Assembly: GCA_951406725.2 (NCBI GenBank)
Contig: OX597816.1
Coordinates: 11,098,001-11,162,000, forward strand
DNA length: 64,000 nt
Reading direction: 5' to 3'
Source: Octopus vulgaris
Taxonomy: Eukaryota
Every line of letters starts with the position of its first letter. Position 1 is the first letter of the stretch. Below, piece after piece: positions 49,921 to 61,924 of the stretch. The translations under genes and the position numbers were made by a program. The notes under the pieces were generated by a model. It was given only the letters and a program-made list of their open reading frames with translations. It was not told where the DNA came from and ran no database searches.

Positions 49921-50299
49921 GATATATTTTCCATAACAAAATGCAGTGAATAGCTTGTTCACTGGTTCGAGCGTGCCTCAAGTATATTCGGGCTGATAAT
50001 AACATTACAAGATAGGTTTTCTGTATCATGATTGCCCTGAGATTAAACAGCAACATTGTCCTCAGCATCGGCCTGGATCTCTGTCGGTTACAACAACAAA
50101 GGTCCCAGTTAATCCAATCGATGGAACAGCCTGTTTGTGAAATTCCCGTGCATGTGGCTGTGTACTCCTCAGACATGCATACCCTGAATGTAGTTCTCAG
50201 GGAGATCCAGCCTGACACTGAATGTGACAAGGCTGGCCCCTTTGAATTACAAGTACGACTCAATTTTGTCAGTTGAGAGGGTTGGAGCAATGTGAAATG

Positions 50300-51225
50300 A
50301 CAGTGGTGGTGGTGATGGTAGAGGTGGTTACAGCAATGTGATGGTGGAGTGGTACTGATCTGGTATGATCATGAGTCAAGTATCCTTACCACTAAGCTGT
50401 GTGCCTTCATTGTTTTCATCATCATCATCATCAACACCATTGCTGATGCTACCCCCACCGCCACCTTCTGCCGCCACCACCTTCTGCCGCCACCACCACC
50501 ACCACCACCATCACAGCCACCCCATCACCACCACCACCACCACCACTCCTACCGTCCTTATTGTTTTGCCATACTCTGTTTCCAATCGTTGGTCAAGTTG
50601 GCTGTGTCTGCCATGCAACCTCGCCTTCCTTGCTTTGAGCCTTCCCCTCCATGCCCATCACTCCTTCATTCCCAAGTCTGAGACAATTCCATTCCTATCA
50701 ACCAGTCGTACTCAAGATAATGAGAAAGCTTTTATCTGATTGCTTGACCCCATTCTCAGATGATTGTTGTTGCTGCTCCTGTTGCTGCTGCTGGTGAGCA
50801 TGATGGAAACGATTATGATGATGATGATAATGATGGTGATGATGATGCTGATGACCGTTGATGATGGTGATAGTGACAACAATCATGTTGGTAACAATGG
50901 CAGTGGTGGTGGTGGTGGTAGTTGTGGTGGCAGCGGTGGTAGAGGTGGTTGTGGCAGTGATGGTGGTAGTGGTGATGGTGGTGGTGGTAGTGGTGGGCGT
51001 GGTGCTGGTAGTGGTGGCTGGGGTGGTGGCAGTGGTAGTGGTGATGGTGGTAGTGGTGGTGATGGTAGAGGTGGTCATGGCAGTGATGGTGGTAGGTGGT
51101 GGTGGTGGGTGGTGACAGTGGTGGTGGTGATGGTAGAGGTGGTCGTAGCAGTGGCAGCAGTGGTGGTCATTGTAGCAGCAGTAGTAGTGATTGTGGTGGT
51201 AGCGGCGGCAGTGATAGCGGTATAC
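50300..51225. repeat. (CAC)n and (GTG/GAT)n low-complexity tracts
   Basis: Trinucleotide-derived. Confidence 0.85.
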
Positions 51226-51373
51226 AGCTGGTATTAGGAAGGGCATCCGGCTGTAGAAACCTTGCCAGATCAGACTGGAGCCTGGTGCAGCCATCTGGTT
51301 GCCAGCCCTCAGTCAAAACCGTCCAACTTATGCCAGCATGGAAAACGGACATTAAACGATGATGATGATGAGG

Positions 51374-51404
<31 letters not shown>

Positions 51405-51527
51405 TATACAGGTATGTGCGTGTGTGTGTGTGTGTTTGTTTCCCACTACTGCTTAACAACTTGTGTTTGTGTGTTACCACTGTAACTTAGCAGTTAGATC
51501 AAACTGTTTGGGCTAAATTTGACAATA

Positions 51528-51698
51528 GTCGCAGGAGTGGCTGTGTGGTAAGTAGCTTGCTGACCAACAACATGGTTCCGAGTTCAGTCCCACTGCATGG
51601 CACCTTGGGTGAGTGTTTTCTACTATAGCATCGGGCCGACCAAAGCCTTGTGAGTGGATTTGGTAGACAGAAACTGAAAGAAGCCTGTCGTATATCTG

Positions 51699-51755
<57 letters not shown>

Positions 51756-51952
51756 TTGTGTGTCCGTGTTTGCCCCCCACCCAACATCACTTGACAACTA
51801 ATGGTGGTGTGTCTACGTCCCCGTAACTTAGCGGTTTGGCAATAAAAAAACGATAGAATAAGTACTAGGCTTCCAAAGAATAAGTCCTGGGGTCGATTTG
51901 CTCGACTAAAGGCGGTGCTCCAGCACTTACTGACTAAAACAAGTAAAAGAGT
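51528..51952 (+). mobile_element. SINE family A
   Basis: Matches family A consensus. Confidence 0.85.
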
Positions 51953-52189
51953 AATGTTTTGTGTCTCCTTTATTTGAGGAACAGCTTGATGTATTTGTGG
52001 ACATTCAAGGTGTTGGAAAGCATAGAGATTAACGTTGTAGTTGCCAAGAAGTTAGCTGACCTGAAGGACTGGAAGGACACACAAAGCTTTGGTCAGCTGA
52101 AGGCTATAGATGAAGACACTTGCTCAAGGTGTCACACAGTGGGACTGAACCCTGCTTCAATTGTTTACAAGCAAAAATAAAATTATCTG

Positions 52190-52345
52190 AAGGAGTGGGT
52201 GTGTGGTAAGTAGCTTGTTTACCAACCACATGGCTCTGGGTTCAGTCCCACTGTGTGGCACCTTGAGTAAGTGTCTTCTACTATAGCCTCGGGCCGCCCA
52301 AAGCCTTGTGAGTGGATTTGGTAGACGGAAACTGAAAGAAGCCCA

Positions 52346-52378
<33 letters not shown>

Positions 52379-52599
52379 GTATATGTGTTTGTGTGTCTGT
52401 GTTTGTTCCCCTAGCATTGCTTGACAACCGATGTTGGTGTGTTTATGTCCCTGTTACTTAGTGGTTCGGCAAAAGAGACCGATTGAATAAGTACTGGGCT
52501 TACAAAAGAATAAGTTCCGGGGTCGAGTTGTTCGATTAAAGGCGGTGCTCCAGCATGGCCGCGGTCAGAATGACTGAAACAAGTAAAAGAGTAAAGAGT
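52190..52599 (+). mobile_element. SINE family A
   Basis: Matches family A consensus. Confidence 0.85.
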
Positions 52600-52902
52600 A
52601 TCTCCTTATTTTCTGATTAAACCAAGCTGAGATGGTGAATGAAGTGGTATGTAAATTTACTTGGAATTAATTCAAGTAGATCCTTGGGTTATTTAACGAG
52701 ATAAACCCGGCTTTAATATTTCTTGTTTTCATTAACAATATAATTAATTGGAATTAATAATGATTTCATATCTTGGAAAAGTAATTTAATTTGCAAAAGA
52801 AAATTATCCATTCAAAAATCTTGCTCTTGGGTTCTGTATTGAGATACAATTAACTATGAATCCATTGTATTTGCATTCTTTTTGCTTTTCTTTTTTGTGT
52901 CT

Positions 52903-53110
52903 TCATCATCATCATTGTTCGACCGTGGTCGAGACAATGGAATTTACTATGCTACGCCAGACTTCACGGTCCATCATGGCATTACGGAGATCCTGTTGCT
53001 GGATGCCTGTATCCCTGGAGATTACATCAGGGTAGGAGAGTGTGCGCCCTCTGGTATTGTGAGCAGATGGCTTCCAGAGGAGAAGAGTAGAAATTACCTC
53101 TTTTTCAGCT
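52903..53110 (-). mobile_element. Short RTE 3' fragment, same young family as 9509-9975
   Basis: Nearly identical to 9510-9716. Confidence 0.85.
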
Positions 53111-53307
53111 TTTGTGTCTTAGGCATGGATGTGTCTGTGTTGTTCAGATGCTTGTTTTCCAGCCACATGGTTTTAGGTTCAGTTCCACCGCATGGCACCT
53201 TGGGCAAGAGTTTTCTTTACTCTTACCCTGAGCTGACCAAAGCCTTGTAAATGGGTGTGGTTGACACAAGGTAAAGAAAAAAATCAGTTGTGTGTGTGAT
53301 GGTAGTG

Positions 53308-53538
53308 GTGGCGAGCTGGCAGAAACGTTAGCACGCTGGGCGAGATGCTTTGCGGTATTTCGTCTGCGGCTACGTTCTGAGTTCAAATTCCGCCGAGGTC
53401 GACTTTGCCTTTCATCCTTTCGGGGTCGATTAAATAAGAACCAGTTACGCACTGGGGTCGATGTAATCGACTCAATCCGTGTGTCTGGCCTTGTTTGTCC
53501 CCTCTGTGTTCATCCCCCTGTGGGTAGTAAAGAAATAG
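53308..53538 (+). mobile_element. SINE family B, full length
   Basis: ggcgagctggcagaaacgttagc...gagttcaaattcc...aaagaaata. Confidence 0.85.
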
Positions 53539-53586
53539 GTGGTGGTGGTGGTGGTGTATGTATTTGTGTATTTATGTGTGTGTATG

Positions 53587-53953
53587 TGGAGGCGCAATGG
53601 CCCAGTGGTTAGGGCAGCGGAGTCGCGGTTTCGATTCCCAGACCGGGCGTTGTGAGTGTTTATTGAGCGAAAACACCTAAAAGCTCCACGAGGCTCCGGC
53701 AGGGGATGGTGGTGATCCCTGCTGTACTCTTTCACCACAACTTTCTCTCACTCTTACTTCCTATTTCTGTTGTACCTGTATTTCAAAGGGCCGGCCTTGT
53801 CACTCTCTGTGTCACGCTGAATATCCCCGAGAACTATGTTAAGGGTGCACGTGTCTGTGGAGTGCTCAGCCACTTACACGTTAATTTCACGAGCAGGCTG
53901 TTCCGTTGATTCGGATCAACCGGAACCCTCGTTGTCGTAACCGACGGAGTGCT
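53587..53953 (+). mobile_element. tRNA-headed SINE family C
   Basis: ggaggcgcaatggcccagtggttaggg...ggtttcgattccc; 3' module ccttgtcactctctgtgtcacgctgaat...ccgacggagtgc. Confidence 0.85.
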
Positions 53954-54169
53954 TCCATGTGTGTGTATGTGTGTGTGCATGTGTGTGTCTTCATCTTATT
54001 TAGTCTTGGCATCATATGACAGTAGTAAGCAAGCTGCTCTGTCTTACAAATGGCATTGCTCATTTCCAATCTTCCCTGAAAAACATCTGACCTGATCTTG
54101 GGGGGAAGAATATCTTGCTTAGAAACAAATAAAGGTTGGTAACAGGAAAGGTACCAGGATGTACAACAT

Positions 54170-54470
54170 ATGATGATGATGATGATGTTAGTGGTGCTGA
54201 AAATGATGATGATGATGATGATGGTAGTGGTACTGAAAATGATGATGATGGTAGTGGTGCTGATAATGATGATGATGATGATGATGTTAGTGGTGCTGAA
54301 AATGATGATGATGATGATGGTAGTGGTGCTGAAAATGATGATGATGATGATGATGATGATGGTAGTGGTGTTGAAAATGATGATGACGGTAGAGATACTA
54401 AAAATGATGATAATGAAGTTGATGATTATGATAGTTATGATGATGATGATGATGATGATAATGATGATGC
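54170..54470. repeat. (GAT)n punctuated by g(g/t)tagtggtgctgaaaat minisatellite
   Basis: About six composite units. Confidence 0.85.
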
Positions 54471-55658
54471 CCACCCCCACTACGAAACTAACACACTTTA
54501 ACCCATTTCAATGACACATACTACATTGACTCTGTAAAGTGGAATAAATGTAAGAAGCAAATATAAGAAGCAAAGAGGAAAACAAACCCTCCCTCCCTGC
54601 TTCATATCCTACCCTCTCTCTCCTAATTCATCTGATCACTAGCTTTGACATCTTTTACAATCACCAACCCACTTGATACATTGACTTCTTTTCCCTCTCA
54701 CAGCAAGGCCCAATTTCCCTCCGAAATCCCATGAAACACACTGGACATCAGCCGATTAATTTGCTGATTGATTGATCTTCAACAGAAGGAACCGATTTTC
54801 GAATAAACTGTAGAAACGAGAGAAATGTCAACGAGACTAAGGAAGCCACATAATACCTGTCCATAGTTGATCTCTGATCATTTCTGCTGGATATTACTTA
54901 TAAAGAAGCTGAACAACAACTTTCCTTAAATTGTCTTTCCGAATAGTAAATTTGCAATATGATAAATTCTCAGAATGGTAACGCTAGCTGGAAGGAAGAA
55001 ACCAGCAAAGTTACAGTTAACCTCAGGTCAAATATACCATTAACATCAACTACGTTGATTCGTTTCTTTATTCTCGGGATGCTCTAGGCAAGAAATTCCC
55101 CTGAATGGCATCGACCGCATCTTTCAATTATTAACTTTTTAAAGGTCAGATTTTCTTTACTTAATTAGTTGATCTTCCTGTCGTTTGATTTAACCTCAAA
55201 AGATACCAAAAATTCCCTTATACAGATTGGAGCTTATTGAAACTATTCCTTCCATCAATACATCAATATTAGAAGATGCAGTTTTTACCTCAGAATAGGG
55301 AGGAGAATATTGATATAAACAGGAGTTCTATACTTTCGGTCATCTAATCTCTGCTGCCATTAGTGAATAGAGAAATTCTTGTGAAGCAATATTTTCATTT
55401 CAAGGAATTATTAGTTTGGGGAAATCACATAGATATAGGAACAGCGGAACGTATATAAAGGAGTGAATTAGCAACATATTGCTTATTCATTATTCAGAGA
55501 TTGGAGTTTGTCACAGATGAATTTCCTTCCTTCCTTCCTTCCTTCCTTCTTTCCTTTCTTTCTTTCCTCTTTTTTTTTTTTTCCTTTTTCACTGCACAAC
55601 TTAATGATCAAGGATATATTAAAGAACAGCTGCTAGTGGTCAAGACACTAGTGGTCAA

Positions 55659-55889
55659 GGCGGCGAGCTGGCAGAAATGCTAGCACGCCGGGCGAAATGC
55701 GTAGCCGTGTTTCGTCTGCCGGTACGTTCTGAGTTCAAATTCCGCCGAGGTCGACTTTGCCTTTCATCCTTTCGGGGTCAATTAAATAAGTACCAGTTAC
55801 GCACTGGGGTCGATATAATCAACTTAATCCGTTTGTCTGTCCTTGTTTGTCCCTTCTGTGTTTAGCCCCTTGTGGGTAGTAAAGAAATA
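55659..55889 (+). mobile_element. SINE family B, full length
   Basis: Consensus match; ggtcaag duplicated at the flanks. Confidence 0.85.
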
Positions 55890-56125
55890 GGTCAAGACAC
55901 AACATTATACTTTCAGCAGTTTTTAATTTAACCCTTCTGCTACCAAACCAAACCAAAGCATGCCAAACAATTTGGGTTCACCCCTGGGTTTATAATAGAA
56001 ACGTCCTGTTTCAAGGTTCCGGGTTCAGTCCCACTGCATGGTACCTTGGGCAAGCATTCTTTACTATAACCCCAGGCTGACCAAAGCCTTGTGACTGGAT
56101 TTGGTGGACAGAAACTGAAAGAAGC

Positions 56126-56712
56126 CTTGTCACTGCTCAGTGCTACCCCGTAATAATTTACTTATACTGAACCACTGTATAGCACTGCCAGTCATTGTAG
56201 GGTGACTGGAAAAGCATAAGGTGGCGAGCTGGCAGAAATGTTAACACGCCGGGCAAAATGCGTAGACGTATTTCGTCTGCTGTTACATTCTGAGTTCAAA
56301 TTCCGCCGAGGTCGACTTTGCCTTTTATCCTTTCGGGGTCGATAAATTAAGTACTAATTATGCACTGTGGTCGATATAATCGACTTAATCCATTTGTCTG
56401 TCCTTGTTTGTCCTCTCTGTGTTTAGTCCTTTGTGGACAGTAAAGAAATAGAAATAGGAAAAGCTTAAGAGAGGTAATCTCTTAATCCAGCTCGTAATGT
56501 CTGCTTAGTATCTGTGACCAATGAGGAGATGCCTACTATGAAATGCTAGCATCTCACAGTCTCAGTAGATGGCGCTGCAAACTGATCCAGGTGTATATAC
56601 ACACCATTTGTCCACAAGCGAGTTATATTCTTTGTGACATAATGCAGCGAGCAATTTGTGCTCCAGTTCGAACGTGCATCAAGCATATTCGGACTGATAA
56701 TAACGTTGCAAT
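56126..56712 (+). mobile_element. Dispersed monomer of the 48.5-50 kb hammerhead repeat, split by a SINE B (56220-56455)
   Basis: Colinear with the reverse complement of monomer 2; SINE TSD ggaaaagc(a/t)taag. Confidence 0.8.
56512..56559 (+). ncRNA. Type I hammerhead motif, dispersed monomer
   Basis: ctgtga-ccaATGA-ggag-atgccta-ctat-GAAA-TGCTAGCA-TC-tcacag; perfect stem I, palindromic ATGCTAGCAT helix III, AUC triplet. Confidence 0.7.
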
Positions 56713-56854
56713 GGAAGAAGCCTGTCATATGTGCATGTGTACTCTTATGCTTGTTTGTTGAGCGAAGCGGTCTTCGTGGGAGAAGTCTGAAACGTGGTCC
56801 TTTGCTATTCGTAAGACCTGCAGAAAAGAAAGCAGGTCACCCTCTGCCCCGACA

Positions 56855-57117
56855 CTGAGAGCATCAATGAATGGATGAATGCGCATCCAGGCTCAGCGGT
56901 TGCATAGGAAGTCGGGGACAAGAAACAGGCAAAAAGAGTGAGAGAAAGTTGGAGCGAAAGAGTACAACAGGGGTCGCCACCACCCCCTGCCGGAGCCTCG
57001 TGGAGCTTTAGGTGTTTTCGCTCAATAAACACACACACAACGCCCGGTCTGGGAATCGAAACCGCGATCCTCCGACCGCGATTCTGCTGCCCTAACCACT
57101 TGGCCATTGCACCTCCA
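56855..57117 (-). mobile_element. SINE family C head with an alternative 3' module
   Basis: Head matches 53587; tail differs. Confidence 0.8.
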
Positions 57118-57244
57118 CTGTGTTTGCTGCTCTCCACTGTTTGATAACTGGTGTTGGTATGTTTACATCCCTGTAACTTAGCAGTTCAGCAAAGGAGACT
57201 GCCAAGCATATACTTCACCACATTTATCAAAGAAGGGATGAAAG

Positions 57245-57485
57245 CAGTGCTGGATTAACCATTAAACAAAATAATCACGTGCTTAGGGCATCAAAGGAAG
57301 GAGGGGGCACCACAGAAATGGTAAATGGTGTACAGCACAAAAGAAATCTCTTTAAACTTGCTCAAATAATATTTGAGATGCCTTTATCTCTACTGAGTAT
57401 AGAAGCAGATGTTTTACCTAAGATTAATTTTGAGGATCTGATCAAAGATGTTGCAATTCAAAAAAGTAGGAGGAAACTTTTCAAA
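57245..57485 (+). mobile_element. hAT transposon deletion remnant (left end plus C-terminal dimerisation motif)
   Basis: cagtgctggattaacc...cacgtgcttagggc terminus; LSLLSIEADVLPKINFEDLIKDVAIQKSRRKLF. Confidence 0.7.
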
Positions 57486-57707
57486 TATAAACAGGAACAC
57501 TCCGAGAGCACAAACCTCCACCAAGTTAATACCAACATCCTTTCAACGATTAGCCAGGGATTATTTTTAAAATGAAAATACCTGAAATAAACTCAACTGC
57601 CCTCATAAACGAGAATACAAAACAATGACCTCAACTGCTCTCAAAAATTAAGTAAAAAGACAGGAAAATAATCCAGAATCCTTTTCTGGTACCAGTTTGG
57701 ACCCAAT

Positions 57708-58002
57708 AGATGGAGGGAATGACCAAGACCTTTGGCAATATGTCGTGTTTGAGAAGAAGACCCATCACGCCGAGCAAAATCACAGTCATGGCAGATACCG
57801 GTGTCACACAAATGGCACCCATGCCAGTGGAATGTAAAAGTACCCATTACATTCTCAGAGTGGTTGGCATTAGGAAGGGCATCAAGCCATAGAAAACCAT
57901 ACCAAATCAGACTGGAGTCTGGTACAGCCTTTCAGCATGCCAACCCAGTCAAACCATCCAATCCATGACAGCATGGACAATGGACGTTAAATGCTGATGA
58001 TG
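57708..58002 (+). mobile_element. RTE LINE 3' end
   Basis: gaccaagacctttggcaatatg..gagaagaagacc plus shared 3'UTR. Confidence 0.75.
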
Positions 58003-58325
58003 AGATAGATAGACAGATAGCTAGCTAGATAGATAGATTACAGATTCTTTCCCCACCGACTTTGGATGATCAGAAAAATGGACACTTTTTAATGAAATTT
58101 TCTACGAATGTGTTATATCATGTAGATTCCGAATATACAAAACTTTTAGAGAGAGTAAGTGAGGAATTTCGGAAAATTCACCAGCGTCCACTTCAATTCG
58201 TCTTAACTTTCAAGAAAATAGATATTTTTAAATGAAATTTCCTGTAAGTATATCTTCAACTATGTAGATTCTGAGAACATGGGAATTTGGAGGGAAAACA
58301 ACTGGGGGTTATTTATGAGGACCGT

Positions 58326-58712
58326 TCACCACTCAAGGGTGTTTCGGAACAAGCCGTCCGTATCTGTTTCATTTTCTTCCTGTCCAAATTTTCTCCTGGG
58401 GTACCTCTTCGGACACATAAACTCCATTAAATATGTGGGGAACAACTTGGAAGAAAGAGGTACCATAAATTGGTCGGTGTTTGTGTTTAGCATGCACCCA
58501 CATGGCTTCCATGTGATTTGTGTGGACACCTGTGGCTTCATCAACAAATTATATAGAATGGTTCACCATCAAATGTTGGAAACCTGGATTTTGCAAATTA
58601 GGGTACGCCGCCCATTCGCCGGTGAAAATTATGTGGACATGTTGCTGGATAATGGTTTCCAAAGTATCCATGGACTGGCTATTATCCAGGCATACTTAAA
58701 GGAAGCAGTTGT
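58326..58712 (-). pseudogene. Merlin (ISXO2/IS1595-like) transposase C-terminal remnant
   Basis: Homologous to 61095-61430; [19 protein letters not shown] and HTNHME motifs. Confidence 0.75.
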
Positions 58713-59080
58713 TCAAATTTTTGGTCAGTATAAAGATCCTCACCCGAGAACCAAATAAAAATAATAATAATAGTAATAATAATAATAATAATAACCAGCC
58801 TGGGGTGTGTTAACAAGTATTTGGAAAAGGAATATAAAAAAACAAAAATGTGCGCAGATGACACTTTTTGGTTATGGAGGATCTGATTCTGAAAAGAAGA
58901 ATTTTCAAAAAATTGCATTTTCAAAATTTCAATTAGACCCCCTTCCCTACTCCTCATTTTTCACTTTTCCTGGAATTTTTATCTTCATTTTTTGCGAAAT
59001 GCATTGAAAAATACAAAGATTACGATTCTAAAAAATAACAGGTTTCTAAAATTTCAATTTTTCAAGAAAAAGAATATATA

Positions 59081-59251
59081 GGCGCAGGAGTGGCTGTGTG
59101 GTAAGTCGCTTGTTTGCCAACCACATGGTTCCGGGTTCAGTCCCACTGCGTGGCACTTTGGGCAAGTGTCTTCTACTATAACCTCGGGCTGACCAAAGCC
59201 TTGTGAGTGGATTTGGTAAATGGAAACTGAAAGAAGCCTGTCGCATATATG

Positions 59252-59282
<31 letters not shown>

Positions 59283-59495
59283 AAATGTTTGTGTGTCTGT
59301 GTTTGTCCCCTAGCATTGCTTGACAACCAATGCTGGTGTGTTTATGTCCCCGTTACTTAGCGGTTCGGCAAAAGAGACCAATAGAATAAGTACTAGGCTT
59401 ACAAAGAATAAGTCCCTGGGTCGAGTTGCTCGATTAAAGGTGGTGCTCCAGCATGGCCACAGTCAAATGACTGAAACAAGTAAAAGAGTAAAAGA
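59081..59495 (+). mobile_element. SINE family A with 13-bp TSD
   Basis: aaaagaatatata on both sides. Confidence 0.9.
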
Positions 59496-61094
59496 ATATA
59501 TATGTATTAAATGTACGATAAATAAGACCCCAAAGTACGATATGTAGATTGTGAAGGGTAGCACCTGATTGATTTGGAAATTTGTTTTCCCAAATTATAT
59601 ATATATATGCACCCTCAGGTCTTCAAGCAGGCTATCCACATGCTAGAAATGACAGCCAAATCTTATAAAACTGCGATAATATAATGTACATTCCGACATA
59701 GGAATTTGGAGGGGAAACTTTTGGGGGTTATTCATGAGGATCGTTCCCCAACTCAAGGGTGTTTCGGAACAAGTCGTCCGTATTTGTTTCATTTTCTCCT
59801 TGTTGTGCGTTTGTGCATCCGTAGATTTCTACTGAAGCAGCAGACAATGGAGCTGTCACTAGAAAACTCGTTATGCTAAAAACACCAGCCAAATGCCTAA
59901 ACGTTTCTAACAGAAAGTCATTGAATGGAATAATTCCTCGTTTGAACTTTTTTAATTACATATATGTGTGTGTTTGTGAAGACACCGAGAATAAACATGC
60001 CAACCGCTTTGTGTTTTTTTTTATCACTCTCCGTTTTGACAGGGATTTTTCTGATTTTATTTTTCATTCAGGCCTTCCAGGTGATGTGGTGGTCGTGGGG
60101 GACATTTTATGAAAAATGTTTTTTGAAAATTTATGAATTTTTATCTCACCTCAGCCCCACACACTTAAAAACCATGAGGGAAACTTTTTCGGTACTTCTT
60201 TATATCACAAACCTTTTTATGTGAAGATATAATTTTTCCTTCTTTCTTTAACCGTAAAGGCTTCTCCCATCGTTTTTAAGTGCTTACTGTGGGAATAAAA
60301 CTAAAGAAATGGTCGAAATGGGTCCTGTTGGGGATAAAGAGGAGAATGGAGGGAGGTGAGAAAAAAGTTTGACCGTGGTGGAAAAGAAATTCGAAAAATC
60401 AGTCAAAAAGAGGAGATTTCTGACCCAAAACTCTGGCAGTACTGAAATTAGTTATTACTCATTTTGCCCCAATTTAGACATAATTTTCTGAAAATGGAAA
60501 ATTATCAATTTAGACATTAGTGTGGCAAAAAATTGACATGGAAGGCAACAGAGAAAAAGAATAGTAATTGTTAAACACCAAAAATTATCCAGATATTTGG
60601 TTTGCAACTTCAATTACAATCGAGTCGAAAGTTGAGGAAAAAAAATGTCTTGAAAGAAAAGTACATTCCTTTTTATAATTTCAAATGTTTGACGGATCGG
60701 AATGGTACAAAATGACGAAGAATATAAGACAGAAGAAAGAAAGGAAAATGTTTCGATTTAATAAAAAAGCATTTGAAGATTTCTGCATTTATGACAAAAG
60801 ATAAATTCAAAATTTCCATTGAAGAACATTTCTTACTTACTTGTTCTTTCGTTCGTTGGTAAAGACCAGTTTTCGTTGCCTCAGAGAAATAATGAAGTTC
60901 CCAAGGGCCAATATATATGCAGGGTCTTTGGCCATTCCTGCATTGTAGAAACAAAATTGAGCTTCTTTCTCTTAAACCATTTCTACAAGATACGAAATGG
61001 AAACTAAAAAGGTTTTCCAAAAAACAAGAATCTAGTGTATGTTTTGTATGATTTTTTTAAAATGTTCATTGTTCTGCAATTTGAAGGAGATTGT

Positions 61095-61860
61095 TCCAGT
61101 TTTCTCCTGGGGTACCTTTTCGGCCACAGAAACTCCATTAAATATGTGGGGAACAACTTGGAAGAAAGAGGTGCCACAAGTTGGTCGGTGTTTGTGCTTA
61201 GCCTGCGCCCACATTGCCTTCCATGTGGTTTGTGTGGACACCTGTGGCTTCATCAACAAATTATATAGAATGGTTCACCGTTAAATGTTGGAAACCTGGA
61301 TTTTGCAAATTACGGTACGCTGCCCATTCGTCGATGAAAATTATGCTACCTGGGTGGACATGTTGCTGGATAATGGCTTCCAAGATAACCATGGACTGGC
61401 TATTATCCGGGCATACTAAAAGGAAGCAGTTCGTGGGATTGTCCGATTCGATTCCACCCAACATCCAAGTGCCATCGTAGTGTGAACCCCGCCGGTTTTT
61501 CCGGTGCATCAATTTCGATTCGTCAATGGCGACCACGACTTCAGGGCCGCCAATCATAACCGGATTGTTAACGTTTTCTGCTAAAACGTCTCGGCAGAAA
61601 TTAGTCCAATCCACCACAGTGGACAAACTTGCAATATTAAGTTCACGCATCATTTCTTTTTTAGTGATTCGTCCATGGACCTATACAGAAACTGCAGTAT
61701 TATACCTAAGGACAGGTGGCTATTAGAGAAAAAACGATCCTTCCCTAATGGAGAAGCGTTTTCGACATCGCCAAGCAGTGCGCTTCCAAGTGTATCCATT
61801 TCGGTGCTGCGATGATTTAACAATTGCGGCCACACTCACAGACATGAGCTTGAGGTAAAA
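61095..61860 (-). pseudogene. Near-complete but frameshifted Merlin DDE transposase
   Basis: CECG...WRCRKRFSIREGSFF / SHLSLGIILQFLY; [21 protein letters not shown]; WMLGGIE; [16 protein letters not shown]; HLTVNHS; HTNHMEG. Confidence 0.88.
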
Positions 61861-61924
61861 GTCCATATCTTTTTAACCAGTCAATTGGCCCGTCATGGTC
61901 AGTGCATATTCGAAACACGTCTCA

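Larger units (their letters stand above)
48495..50012. repeat. Tandem and fold-back array of about 310-345 bp hammerhead-containing monomers (retrozyme-like)
   Basis: Landmark ataagtaaaattgtaatg at 48513, 48825 and 49168; inverted fourth unit at about 49565-50012; two RTE tails inserted. Confidence 0.85.

Noticed and set aside
53587-53660. Functional tRNA genes at SINE heads
   Set aside because: A/B boxes are present but there is no complete cloverleaf, and each head continues into a SINE body.
54136-54501. Asp-rich biomineralisation-like protein
   Set aside because: Explained by a (GAT)n minisatellite; no signal peptide or exon boundaries seen.
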